Shown here: positions 28,051 to 36,784 of the stretch, piece after piece
How the letters are laid out: each line of letters begins with the position of its first letter
How positions within the stretch are numbered: the stretch's first letter is position 1
Assembly (NCBI GenBank): GCA_963751345.1
Contig: CAVVUS010000018.1
Location: 192,001-256,000 of the forward strand
Direction: 5' to 3'
Origin: an uncultured Chloroflexia bacterium
GTDB taxonomy: Bacteria > Chloroflexota > Anaerolineae > B4-G1 > SLSP01
Length of the DNA: 64,000 bases
Program-made: the position numbers and the translations under genes
Notes under the pieces: model-generated
The model's input: only the letters and a program-made list of their open reading frames with translations
Database searches by the model: none
Told to the model about the DNA's origin: nothing

Positions 28051-29478
28051 TCAGGGCGCATCCGCGCGGGCTTCCTGAGCCGCGTGTTTCTTTGCGTGGA
28101 GCGAGAGCACCTCGCGTTGCACCTGGGCCAGATAGTCGCCGCGGAGTGGGTACCATTGCAGGATAACGGCCCCCAGGATCATGGCAATGCCGGGGATCAG
28201 GCCGATAAGGGCCTTGATGCCCCACAGGGCGTTGGGCGGTTGGTTCAGCGTGATCTGCCCCTGGTTTGCCTCGCGCGTCACGAAGTTAGTGGCCTGCAGC
28301 ACAAACGGGAGAAGGGCCAGCGCCACAGACTGCGCCGGCTTGGTCAGTAGTGCGTTGACGCCGAAGAAGGCACCCTCACGGCGCACTCCTGAACGCAGCT
28401 CATCCTCGTCGGTCACCTGGGCGAAAAGCACGTTGGTAAGCGTCTGTGGCCCCGAGAGGCCGAATCCTGCGACGATCAAACATAGCGGGATCAGTGATGT
28501 GGGCACCACCATGATGAGGAGCAAGGCTACCCCGGCGATGAACAACAGCAGACGCTGGGCGCCGACCACACCCAACCGGCGACGAATGAGCGTCGTAACC
28601 GGGACGCCGATGATAAGGGGCACAAAGAGGCACCCGACCAGGATCATAGCGTTCATCTGCAGCACGTAGTCGGCGGCGTAGAAGAGCGCCCCCAGAAGCA
28701 GCGACTGCATCAGGATCGACATGAAGTTCTGGGCGACGAGGATCAAGAATGACCGGCTCGTGAGGGTGTACTTCAGGGCCGGACCCAGTTTGAGAGGCTC
28801 ATCGAGTTCGTGAAACTCCGGGCGCTCTCGCACCCGGAGCGTGGTCAGGATGATCATCGTGGCGCTGAAGATCCCGACCACGATCATCGAAAGCTGAAGC
28901 GGTGCAAACGACAACGAGGTGCCTGCCTTGGGTCGGAAGAAATCGGGGATGACGAACCCCAGGATCATCCCCAGGAGGCCGAAGAGCGAAGACGAGATCT
29001 GGAGCCCATTGCGCTCGGCATCCGACTCGGTGACCTCGGGCAGCAGCGCCGAATAGACCAGGCCTACGATCGTGTACGCAGTGTCATAGAGGAGCATCGC
29101 CGCGAGCATCCAGGCGAAAATCGCGCCCTGTCCTGCTCGTTGAGGTGCAAACCACACCAGGATGAAGGTGAGCGCGAGGAACGGCGCCGTGTAGCGCATG
29201 TAGGGGATGCGTCGCCCCATGCGTGACTTGGTGCTGTCGGTGATATAGCCGAACAGCGGGTCGTTGATCGCATTCCAGATGGCGTAGATGGTGGATGCGA
29301 TGGCGATCCAGCGAGCCGTGAGGCCCAGATAATCCTGGTAGAAGATGGGCAGAAGGGCGCCATACGTGCCCGAGACGAATGAGGTGCCCAGGGCGGCAAC
29401 GCCCCATTGCACCTTGTAGCCGAGTTTCAGTTTGACCGCTCCCTCTGCGGGCACCTTCTGCGCAAGCGTGGCTCCCAT
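28051..29478 (-). CDS. MFS transporter, glycoside-pentoside-hexuronide (GPH) family
   Basis: WNAINDPLFGYITDSTKSRMGRRIPY, DEDELRSGVRREGAFFG; ~12 TM. Confidence 0.88.
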   Translation of the reverse strand: MGATLAQKVPAEGAVKLKLGYKVQWGVAALGTSFVSGTYGALLPIFYQDYLGLTARWIAIASTIYAIWNAINDPLFGYITDSTKSRMGRRIPYMRYTAPFLALTFILVWFAPQRAGQGAIFAWMLAAMLLYDTAYTIVGLVYSALLPEVTESDAERNGLQISSSLFGLLGMILGFVIPDFFRPKAGTSLSFAPLQLSMIVVGIFSATMIILTTLRVRERPEFHELDEPLKLGPALKYTLTSRSFLILVAQNFMSILMQSLLLGALFYAADYVLQMNAMILVGCLFVPLIIGVPVTTLIRRRLGVVGAQRLLLFIAGVALLLIMVVPTSLIPLCLIVAGFGLSGPQTLTNVLFAQVTDEDELRSGVRREGAFFGVNALLTKPAQSVALALLPFVLQATNFVTREANQGQITLNQPPNALWGIKALIGLIPGIAMILGAVILQWYPLRGDYLAQVQREVLSLHAKKHAAQEARADAP

Positions 29479-29498
29479 TTTCCGCCTCCAAGGGTGAG

Positions 29499-30404
29499 CT
29501 AGATTGAAGAACGCACAAGGTCGCGCAATTCGCGCCACCCAATGACCCGGATGCCCTGGATCTCAAGATAGACACGGAGCTCCTCTTTCATAAGGACCTC
29601 GTAGTCCGCCTCGCGCTCTTCCCAGCGATCCGGGAGGATGGCACGGAGCTCGGGCGTGTCCTTGGCGGGATGCGTGATGAAGTAGGTCAGGCCCGGACGC
29701 AGCGTGCCCAGCGCACACTTCATCTGATCGAGATGCGTATCTAGCGTGTCAAACGTCGCGGAGCGGACGTCGTCGAACATCGGCAACCCCTGTGCCTCCA
29801 GTATCCCGATCCGCGCCATGAGCTGCTCGGTAAGGTTCGCGTCATAGCCCCTGCCCCGGAGGATCTCCGGGGTCGCGCGGACCAGGAAAGGTGGGACCCG
29901 GTGCTCCAGAGCGACTTGGACGTAACCCTCGATGAATCCCGGGTAGAAGGCAGTGCCCATATGCGCGTCGATGTGGGTCACGTCGATCCCGGCATCGAAG
30001 GCGCGCTGTACCTGTGCTGCGATCTCCGCGTGCACGGCCTCGGGCGTGGCATGGTCCTGTGTGTCCTTCGTAGTGGCGTGCATGTAGCCGGATGCATCCA
30101 TCAAGCCCGAGTCGAGGTCTCGCGTGGATACCGGGCCCCAACGATAGCCCGAGCGCCACTCGCTGTTGAGTGTGATGTGTACGCCCATATCCACGTGCCC
30201 AACGTGATCCACGCAGAACTGGGCCGTCGCCGGAAACCACGGACACGGCACCATCACCGAGCCGGCAGAGATAACGCCGCCGTCGGACAGATCCATGTAG
30301 GCCGCCAGGGATGCTTGACACATGCCGATATCGTCGGTGTGGATGAGCACGGCGCGATCCTCTGTCGACATGCCGAGGGCCGAGAGTAGAGGGTTCGGGT
30401 TCAC
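29499..30404 (-). CDS. YdjC/ChbG-family carbohydrate deacetylase
   Basis: IHTDDIGM, SVMVPCPW, GVHITLNSEW, THIDAHMG, THP. Confidence 0.85.
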   Translation of the reverse strand: MNPNPLLSALGMSTEDRAVLIHTDDIGMCQASLAAYMDLSDGGVISAGSVMVPCPWFPATAQFCVDHVGHVDMGVHITLNSEWRSGYRWGPVSTRDLDSGLMDASGYMHATTKDTQDHATPEAVHAEIAAQVQRAFDAGIDVTHIDAHMGTAFYPGFIEGYVQVALEHRVPPFLVRATPEILRGRGYDANLTEQLMARIGILEAQGLPMFDDVRSATFDTLDTHLDQMKCALGTLRPGLTYFITHPAKDTPELRAILPDRWEEREADYEVLMKEELRVYLEIQGIRVIGWRELRDLVRSSI

Positions 30405-30695
30405 AGGGTTCCTTTCGTGTCAGACGTTGTACTGCCATTATAGGCAATCTTGCGAGCGTCCGCACGTTGGTCATTCAGCAGGAGGCAAGTACCAAGGACG
30501 AGAAGGCCGAGGATGCCGGACCGCGGGCGTCCTCGGCCGCTCTGGCGACGGAGAACCGTGCGCAGAAGGTTACTGCCACGTTGTGACTGTGTCCGTGCAC
30601 CCAGAGCGGGCGAGACGCCCGCGATCCATACTGCCGTGAATGCTGCCGCGTCCGCGATTCAGACTCCCGCCGGCGTTAGCGGCACACGCTCGGAT

Positions 30696-32423
30696 CTATG
30701 GGCTTAGCCGCTGCCAAGTCAACTTGGCCTTGGCCGCCTGGGTTGCTTCGAAATACTCCATCCGGACCGTGTGCTGACCCTGGGTCAGGTCGACGGTCGC
30801 GTACCGGTTGCCTCGCATCGGCCACCAACTGTTGATCACAAGGCGATCGTCCACGTAGACGCGCACGCCGTCATCGGTTGTCGTCGTGATGCGGTAACGC
30901 CCTTTCTCGAACGCGAACGTTCCCGTCCACCGCACGGCGAAGTTATTCACCGGGAGCCCTGTGGCCGGTGAAACCCAGCCCCAGTCGAAGTTGATCGCTG
31001 TGTCGGTTCGGACGAGGGTCGGCGTCCCGCTCAGATCTCGGGTTGCGAAGTACTGGCCTGTCCACGGACCCGGAAGTTGCACAGCCTGCGCCCCGCCGGA
31101 CGTTCCGGTCGTGGGCGTGGCGGGCGGCACGGGAGCAGCCGTCACCGGGAAGCCATAGGTCGGTGAGGGAGACATCGCCTCTGCAGCTGCCTCCGTCGGT
31201 GCGTAGTCCCACCAGAACTGCATACTGGCAGAGCCCGTGGCCTCGAAGTACTCCACACGTAGCGTGTGAGTCCCCTCGAGCCACGTCCAGCCCTGGTATC
31301 GCCAGGTGAGCTCCTGAGGATCCCAGTAGTTCATCCATAGATTGACGTCATCGATCCAGAGCCGCATACCGTCATCGGAGCGAGTGTTGAAGCGATACAG
31401 CCCCGGCTGGAAGTTGATGGTGCGGACCCACTGGACCGAGAAGTTGTCGCTGGGGATCCAGGTCGCGGGTGCGCCCTCGCCCCAGTCGAAGTTGATCTCC
31501 GCGTCGCCGCGAATCATCGCGGGCCCGCCACGCAGCTCGCGATTGTCGTAGTACTTGCCCTCCCAACCCTGGACGGCGTCGACGCGATTCCACCATACGT
31601 GAATACTCGCATCGCCACCGTCTTCGAAGTAATCTACCGCGATGTCGTGATTGCCCGCGCTCAGGGTGATGTCCGCGTAGTGGGTATTGGGCAGCTTCTG
31701 CTTCACCCATGAATCTACAATCCGATTGCCGTCCACGTAGATGCGAACGCCATCGTCGCTGCTGGCGTAGAAACGATAGGTGCCCGCCTCGAATCCTAGT
31801 GTGCGTCCCCAACGGGCCGAGAAGTTATCTGCGGGAACCTTCGGGTCCGGGCTACCGGTGCCCCAGTCAAAGTCGATCGCCGGATCTTTCCTACCCAATA
31901 CGGCATCCCCCGAGAGGGTCATGTTGTTCCAGTAGAGGGCATCCCAGACTTGGCTGCTCTGGAGTTTCTGCCAACCGAGCTGGAGCGCAGCTTCTCCCCA
32001 GTGTTCGTAGTACTCAATGCGTACCTGATTCACTCCGGGAGGGACGTAGGCGTCGGTGGTGGCCCACGAGGCCGCATGGTCTGCCCAGTAGTCGACGACG
32101 AGTGCACTATTGATCCAGATCCTCAGGCCGTCGTCCGAGCGGTAATCGAAGCGGTAGGTACCTCCTTCAAACCAGATATCCTGGGTGAAGCGTGCCGAGA
32201 AACCATCCGCCGGGATGCCATCGCCCGGGCTGCCCGTGCCCCACTCGTGGTTGACGTTCGTCTCGTAGCGAGTCAGGGCCGGCCCCCCGCTGAGATCCAT
32301 ATTCGCGAAGTATTCGGCATACCACTGTGCTGCGGCGGCCGCGGGCCGTGGCATGCCCACGATGCTGCCAAGCAACGTGAGCAGCATCACAATAGCCAGG
32401 TTTGACCGTAGGTGTCTATGCAT
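30696..32423 (-). CDS. Secreted protein with four tandem PA14 domains
   Basis: Signal peptide; four W...Y..N..L.G...F/HD/EWG...F...W...DDG.R...EY/DYFE repeats. Confidence 0.85.
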   Translation of the reverse strand: MHRHLRSNLAIVMLLTLLGSIVGMPRPAAAAAQWYAEYFANMDLSGGPALTRYETNVNHEWGTGSPGDGIPADGFSARFTQDIWFEGGTYRFDYRSDDGLRIWINSALVVDYWADHAASWATTDAYVPPGVNQVRIEYYEHWGEAALQLGWQKLQSSQVWDALYWNNMTLSGDAVLGRKDPAIDFDWGTGSPDPKVPADNFSARWGRTLGFEAGTYRFYASSDDGVRIYVDGNRIVDSWVKQKLPNTHYADITLSAGNHDIAVDYFEDGGDASIHVWWNRVDAVQGWEGKYYDNRELRGGPAMIRGDAEINFDWGEGAPATWIPSDNFSVQWVRTINFQPGLYRFNTRSDDGMRLWIDDVNLWMNYWDPQELTWRYQGWTWLEGTHTLRVEYFEATGSASMQFWWDYAPTEAAAEAMSPSPTYGFPVTAAPVPPATPTTGTSGGAQAVQLPGPWTGQYFATRDLSGTPTLVRTDTAINFDWGWVSPATGLPVNNFAVRWTGTFAFEKGRYRITTTTDDGVRVYVDDRLVINSWWPMRGNRYATVDLTQGQHTVRMEYFEATQAAKAKLTWQRLSP

Positions 32424-32530
32424 AGATCCTCCTGAAGTTCCGTGCTATCTCTATTATAGTCGAATTGCTGTCCCCATAACGCGCTTCTGTCACTATAGAC
32501 GGGATCCGGGCCGCGGAAGTTCCGTCAGAG

Positions 32531-32728
32531 TTTTCCACAGATTGGCACTGCTTATCCACAGGCCATAGACAGCGAGTCCCGGCTCGCGTCCCGAAGTGGG
32601 AGGAGAAGGTTGAAAAACGGTTGACGCTGCCGGGTTGTGTGGGGAAAAAGCGCTGGGGCTGCCTCGTAGTGGGGCTATGAGACGCGCCCGCTCTGCGCGC
32701 CCCTCGACGACCCTCCGCCTGTGGATAA
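32531..32728. promoter_or_regulatory. Cluster of DnaA-box-like 9-mers in a divergent intergenic region
   Basis: TTTTCCACA 32531-39, TTATCCACA 32552-60, TGTGGGGAA 32638-46 (2 mismatches), TGTGGATAA 32720-28. Confidence 0.55.
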
Positions 32729-32771
32729 GTGGGGCCACCAACCTTGCGAAGGTTTCGGACTCAGGTGACCT

Positions 32772-32799
32772 TTGACATGTCAGTTGTCTGACATATAAT
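32772..32799 (+). promoter_or_regulatory. Consensus sigma70 promoter with palindromic operator in the spacer
   Basis: TTGACA-16 nt-TATAAT; ATGTCAG-TTGT-CTGACAT perfect 7-4-7 palindrome at 32777-32794. Confidence 0.8.
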
Positions 32800-32815
32800 G
32801 GAAATGGAGGTTGGT

Positions 32816-33553
32816 ATGGATCTCGATGATCTTCCCAAGGTTCGTTCAACCCGCGACCAGGTGGAGAGCACGCTCTCCCAGCTCATCCTGCAGCAGCAGC
32901 CTGGCGATCAGTTGCCCCCCGAGCCCGAGCTAGCCAGACAACTGGGTGTATCCCGTCCAACGCTTCGCGAGGTTCTGCGTACCTTTGCCGAGCGAGGGCT
33001 TCTGGTGCGCCGGCAGGGGGTGGGCACGTTCATCGCATCGCGCCTGCCCGTTCTTGATGCCGGCCTCGAGGTTCTGGAGAGCCTGGAGTGCATGGCGGAC
33101 CGGCTCGGATTGGCTACCGAGATGACGCACCTCAACGTTGTGGAACGTTCGGCAACCGACCCGGAACTCGACGGGCTTGGGCGTGCCGCGCCGACGCAAG
33201 TGCTCGCCGTAAAGCGCGTCATCTCCATAGAGGATGTACCCGTGGCGGATCTCACCGACATCGTGCCCCTTGAGGTCATCTGTAGATCGGACCTGGGGAG
33301 CGACTTCCGGGGCTCGGTACTCGATGTGCTGCTTACCCATGGCTCTCCGGTGTTGAGTACCTCGCGGACCGAGATCTTGGCGGAGCTAGCCGGGCAGGAC
33401 GATGTGCTGCGTTTGCAGGTTGAGCAGGGCGCGCCGTTGTTGGTGCTGATCGCTCAACTCTTCAGTTACGACGACCATGTGGTCGACTACTCGGTGAGCA
33501 GGTTTGTGCCGGGATACTTCAGGTTCCACGTGATGCGGAGGATAGTCAGGTAG
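32816..33553 (+). CDS. GntR family (HutC/UTRA) regulator, first gene of the catabolic run
   Basis: LPPEPELARQLGVSRPTLREVL...GVGTFI plus UTRA; GGAGG RBS at 32806-32810. Confidence 0.9.
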   Translation: MDLDDLPKVRSTRDQVESTLSQLILQQQPGDQLPPEPELARQLGVSRPTLREVLRTFAERGLLVRRQGVGTFIASRLPVLDAGLEVLESLECMADRLGLATEMTHLNVVERSATDPELDGLGRAAPTQVLAVKRVISIEDVPVADLTDIVPLEVICRSDLGSDFRGSVLDVLLTHGSPVLSTSRTEILAELAGQDDVLRLQVEQGAPLLVLIAQLFSYDDHVVDYSVSRFVPGYFRFHVMRRIVR

Positions 33554-33645
33554 TCTCGTAGTCAGATGGTCATATAGTCAAGCTAATTGAGCTGAGTTAT
33601 CTGACTATCAGTACCAGACTACCGGACTACTAGACTGCTAGACCA
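33541..33645. repeat. 8-bp periodic repeats (NNTAGTCA x5) followed by their reverse complements
   Basis: gatagtca ggtagtct cgtagtca gatggtca tatagtca ... tgactatc ... agactacc ggactact agactgct. Confidence 0.7.
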
Positions 33646-33675
33646 AACAACTTTACAAACAGGAGGTTTTGAACA

Positions 33676-34656
33676 ATGCGTAGTTTTACGGGTCGTGACA
33701 TTTTGTCTTTGAAAGAGTTTGAACGGAACGAGTTCTTCCACGTCTTCGACGTTGCCACCGAGCTGGAGCCGATTGCGCGCGAGCGCCGCAACGTGGATAT
33801 GCTCGCCGAGAAAACGCTGGTGACGGCATTCTACCAGCCATCGACGCGCACGCGCTTGGCACACGAGGCCGCGATGCACCGCCTGGGTGGGCATGTCAAC
33901 GGCTTCTCCGACGCCAAGATGACGCGGGCGGGCGACTGGTATCAGGAGTCCATCAAGGACACGGTGAAGATGTTGGAGTTCTACGGCGACGCGATCGTGA
34001 TGCGCCACTTCCAGCAGGGCGCGCCGCACGAGGCTGCGAAGTGGGCCAGCGTGCCGATCATCAACGGCGGCGACGGGTGGGGCGAGCATCCCACGCAGAT
34101 CCTCACCGACCTTTACACAGTGCTGCGCGAGAAAGGCCACATCGATGGCCTGCGCTGGCTGGCCGTCGGCGATATGCGGATGCGCACCATGCACTCCCTC
34201 GGCTACGCGCTGACGCAGTTCGATTGCCCGATCACGTTTGTGGCCCCGCCTGCGGACGCACTCTTCGACAACTCGCCCGACATGCAGATGCCGGAAAACT
34301 ACAAGGCCGATTTCCGGCAGTACTCGCTCGACTTCACGGAAGCCGAGCACGTCGAGCAAGCCATCGCCGACGCGGACGTGATCCTGGTCGAGCCGGTGAT
34401 GCAGCCGGACTACACCAAGGCCCGCGACGAGCGCAAAGGTGACGCTGGCTTCACCCCCGACAATTACAAGATCACGCGCGAGTTGCTGACGCAGAAAGCC
34501 AAGTCCGACGCGATCTTGCTGCACTCGCTGCCGCGCATGGACGAAGTTCCGACCGACGTGGACATCACCCGCTGGTCGCGCTACTGGCAGGAAGCCTTCA
34601 ACGGCGTCGTGATGCGGATGGCACTGCTGGCGCTCGTCCTCGGTGCTATGGAGTAA
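33676..34656 (+). CDS. Aspartate-carbamoyltransferase-like enzyme with divergent amino-acid pocket
   Basis: FYQPSTRT, MRH, INGGDG..EHPTQ, MRTMHSL, HSLPR; KGE and TRxQxER motifs of PyrB replaced by YQE and EPVMQPD. Confidence 0.85.
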   Translation: MRSFTGRDILSLKEFERNEFFHVFDVATELEPIARERRNVDMLAEKTLVTAFYQPSTRTRLAHEAAMHRLGGHVNGFSDAKMTRAGDWYQESIKDTVKMLEFYGDAIVMRHFQQGAPHEAAKWASVPIINGGDGWGEHPTQILTDLYTVLREKGHIDGLRWLAVGDMRMRTMHSLGYALTQFDCPITFVAPPADALFDNSPDMQMPENYKADFRQYSLDFTEAEHVEQAIADADVILVEPVMQPDYTKARDERKGDAGFTPDNYKITRELLTQKAKSDAILLHSLPRMDEVPTDVDITRWSRYWQEAFNGVVMRMALLALVLGAME

Positions 34657-34751
34657 ATCCGGCCTGTAGGAACTGCAGGATTGTATTGCGAGTGGCAAAG
34701 TCACTCGCAATACAGATCCCTATCGTGAACTTGCTAGAGGAGACACTCACT

Positions 34752-35732
34752 ATGATAACCAGTTTGCGCGGCCGAGATTTGATTGGTGACCTCGACTTCT
34801 CCAAAGAAGAGGTCGAAACGGTACTGGACGTGGCCTGGGATCTGAAGCGCAAGCGAGCGTTGGGCGAGCCACACCCACTGTTGCGTGACAAGACCTTAGG
34901 CATGTTGTTCTTCTTCAGTAGCACGCGCACCCGCTGTTCTTTTGAGTCGGGGATGGCGCAACTCGGTGGGCACGCCGCCTTCATCGAGAGCAAGACCACC
35001 CAGATCTCGCACGGCGATACCGCTACCGAGATCGGCGAGATCCTGGGGCGCTACTTCGATGGTATCGCCATCCGCCACTGCGACTGGAAGGTGGGCAATG
35101 CGTACCTCAACTACGTCGCCAAAGCCTCTCGCGCACCGGTACTGAATATGCAGTGCGATATCTACCACCCCTTCCAGTGCTTGGCCGACCTGATGACGAT
35201 CAAGGAGAAGAAGGGCCGCGATCTCCGCAAGAAGAAGATTGTCGTCTCCTGGGCCTATGCCTCCTCCTATCTTAAGCCGATCTCTGTGCCACAGTCGCTC
35301 ATCCTCCAGATGCCGCGCTTTGGCATGGACGTGACCCTGGCCTATCCGGAGGAGTTCATGCTGATGCCGGATATCGTCGATGAGGCCAAGAGCCAGGCTC
35401 GCAAGTACGGGACGAGCTTCGAGATCGTCCACGACATGGGGGAAGGCTTCGAGGATGCTGACGTCGTCTATGCCAAGTCCTGGGGGCCTCTGCTGACGAC
35501 GGACGATCCGGCCGAGGGGAAGAAGCTGCAGGACAAGTACCAGGACTGGATCACGGATGCCGCGAAGATGCGGCTCGCCGCCCCTGACGCGATCTACATG
35601 CACCCTCTTCCCGCTGATCGAGACATCGAAGTCACCAGCGAGGTGATGGATGGACCGCAGTCCGTGGTCTTCGACCAGGCCGAGAACCGGCTGCACGCCC
35701 AGAAAGCAGCGATGGCCCTCACTATGTGGTAG
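34752..35732 (+). CDS. YgeW/N-acylornithine-type (knotted) carbamoyltransferase
   Basis: FFFSSTRT, HPFQCLAD, SWAYASSYLKPISVPQS (cf. YgeW TWAYSPSYGKPLSVPQG), YAKSWG, HPLPAD, QAENRLH. Confidence 0.85.
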   Translation: MITSLRGRDLIGDLDFSKEEVETVLDVAWDLKRKRALGEPHPLLRDKTLGMLFFFSSTRTRCSFESGMAQLGGHAAFIESKTTQISHGDTATEIGEILGRYFDGIAIRHCDWKVGNAYLNYVAKASRAPVLNMQCDIYHPFQCLADLMTIKEKKGRDLRKKKIVVSWAYASSYLKPISVPQSLILQMPRFGMDVTLAYPEEFMLMPDIVDEAKSQARKYGTSFEIVHDMGEGFEDADVVYAKSWGPLLTTDDPAEGKKLQDKYQDWITDAAKMRLAAPDAIYMHPLPADRDIEVTSEVMDGPQSVVFDQAENRLHAQKAAMALTMW

Positions 35733-35750
35733 TCCGAAAGGAGATCCGGA

Positions 35751-36761
35751 ATGAAATCCGCGCAGACGCAGGAGTTCGCGCACACCGAGGCCCGCCGTGA
35801 GGGGGGGCCTGTGAGGCGCACAGGCGTAGTCGCCATCGGCGGCAACTCGCTGATCTTGGACCCGCGGCACCAGACTGTACAGGACCAATACCGGGCAGCT
35901 AGGGAGACCTGCCACCACATCGCAGATATGATTGAGGAGGGGTGGGATATTGCCATCGGCCATGGTAACGGTCCACAGGTAGGTTTCATCCTGCGACGTT
36001 CGGAGATCGCTGCGAAGGTGGCGGGGATGCACGAGGTGCCCCTGGATGCGTGTGGGGCAGACACGCAGGGCGCTCTAGGCTACGCTCTCCAGCAGAATCT
36101 CTGCAACGAATTCCGGCGTCGGGGTATCCACAAGAGCGTGGCCACCGTGGTCACACAGGTGCGCGTCGATCTCGACGATCCGGCGTTCAGTAACCCATCG
36201 AAGCCCATCGGCGGCTTCATGGAAGAGGAAGCGGCACGCGATCGTGCGGCACGCGATGGCTGGTCTATCGTGGAGGACGCTGGGCGAGGGTGGCGACGCG
36301 TCGTAGCGTCGCCTTTGCCTCAGGAGATCGTGGAGCTGAAGGTTGTCGAGTCGTTACTCCACGCCGGGGTCATCACGATCACGGTGGGTGGTGGGGGCAT
36401 TCCGGTCGCGCCAAATGCCGACGGCGACCTTGTCGGGGTGCCTGCCGTCATCGACAAGGACTTCGCGTCATCGCTGTTGGCGCAACGCATCCATGCTGAC
36501 CTGTTCCTGATCTCCACCGCCGTGGAACAGGTCTATGTCAACTACCGCAAGCCTGATCAGCGGGCGATCGATCGCATGACCGTCGCTGAGGCGAAGCGAT
36601 ATCTGGCGGAGGGGCACTTTGCCAAGGGCAGTATGGAGCCCAAGATCCGCGCGATCATCGGTTATCTGGAGGCGGGCGGGAAGCTGGCCATCATCACCGA
36701 TCCGCCTCACATCACGGCGGCACTGCAGGGCAAAACCGGTACGTGGGTGGTGCCCGACTAG
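35751..36761 (+). CDS. arcC: Carbamate kinase
   Basis: VAIGGNSL, HGNGPQVG, PSKPIG, EDAGRGWRRVVASP, GGGGIPV, VIDKD, GSMEPK. Confidence 0.93.
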   Translation: MKSAQTQEFAHTEARREGGPVRRTGVVAIGGNSLILDPRHQTVQDQYRAARETCHHIADMIEEGWDIAIGHGNGPQVGFILRRSEIAAKVAGMHEVPLDACGADTQGALGYALQQNLCNEFRRRGIHKSVATVVTQVRVDLDDPAFSNPSKPIGGFMEEEAARDRAARDGWSIVEDAGRGWRRVVASPLPQEIVELKVVESLLHAGVITITVGGGGIPVAPNADGDLVGVPAVIDKDFASSLLAQRIHADLFLISTAVEQVYVNYRKPDQRAIDRMTVAEAKRYLAEGHFAKGSMEPKIRAIIGYLEAGGKLAIITDPPHITAALQGKTGTWVVPD

Positions 36762-36784
36762 TGCTCGGGCAAGAGGAGCGTTCG

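Noticed and set aside
33541-33645. Possible CRISPR array in the short repeat regions
   Set aside because: Period is 7-8 bp with no unique spacers, and there are no cas genes.
33676-36761. Ordinary pyrB/argF or arginine deiminase operon
   Set aside because: No pyrC/pyrR/arcA/arcD; the PyrB aspartate motifs and the OTC SMG motif are absent; the second enzyme is YgeW-like.
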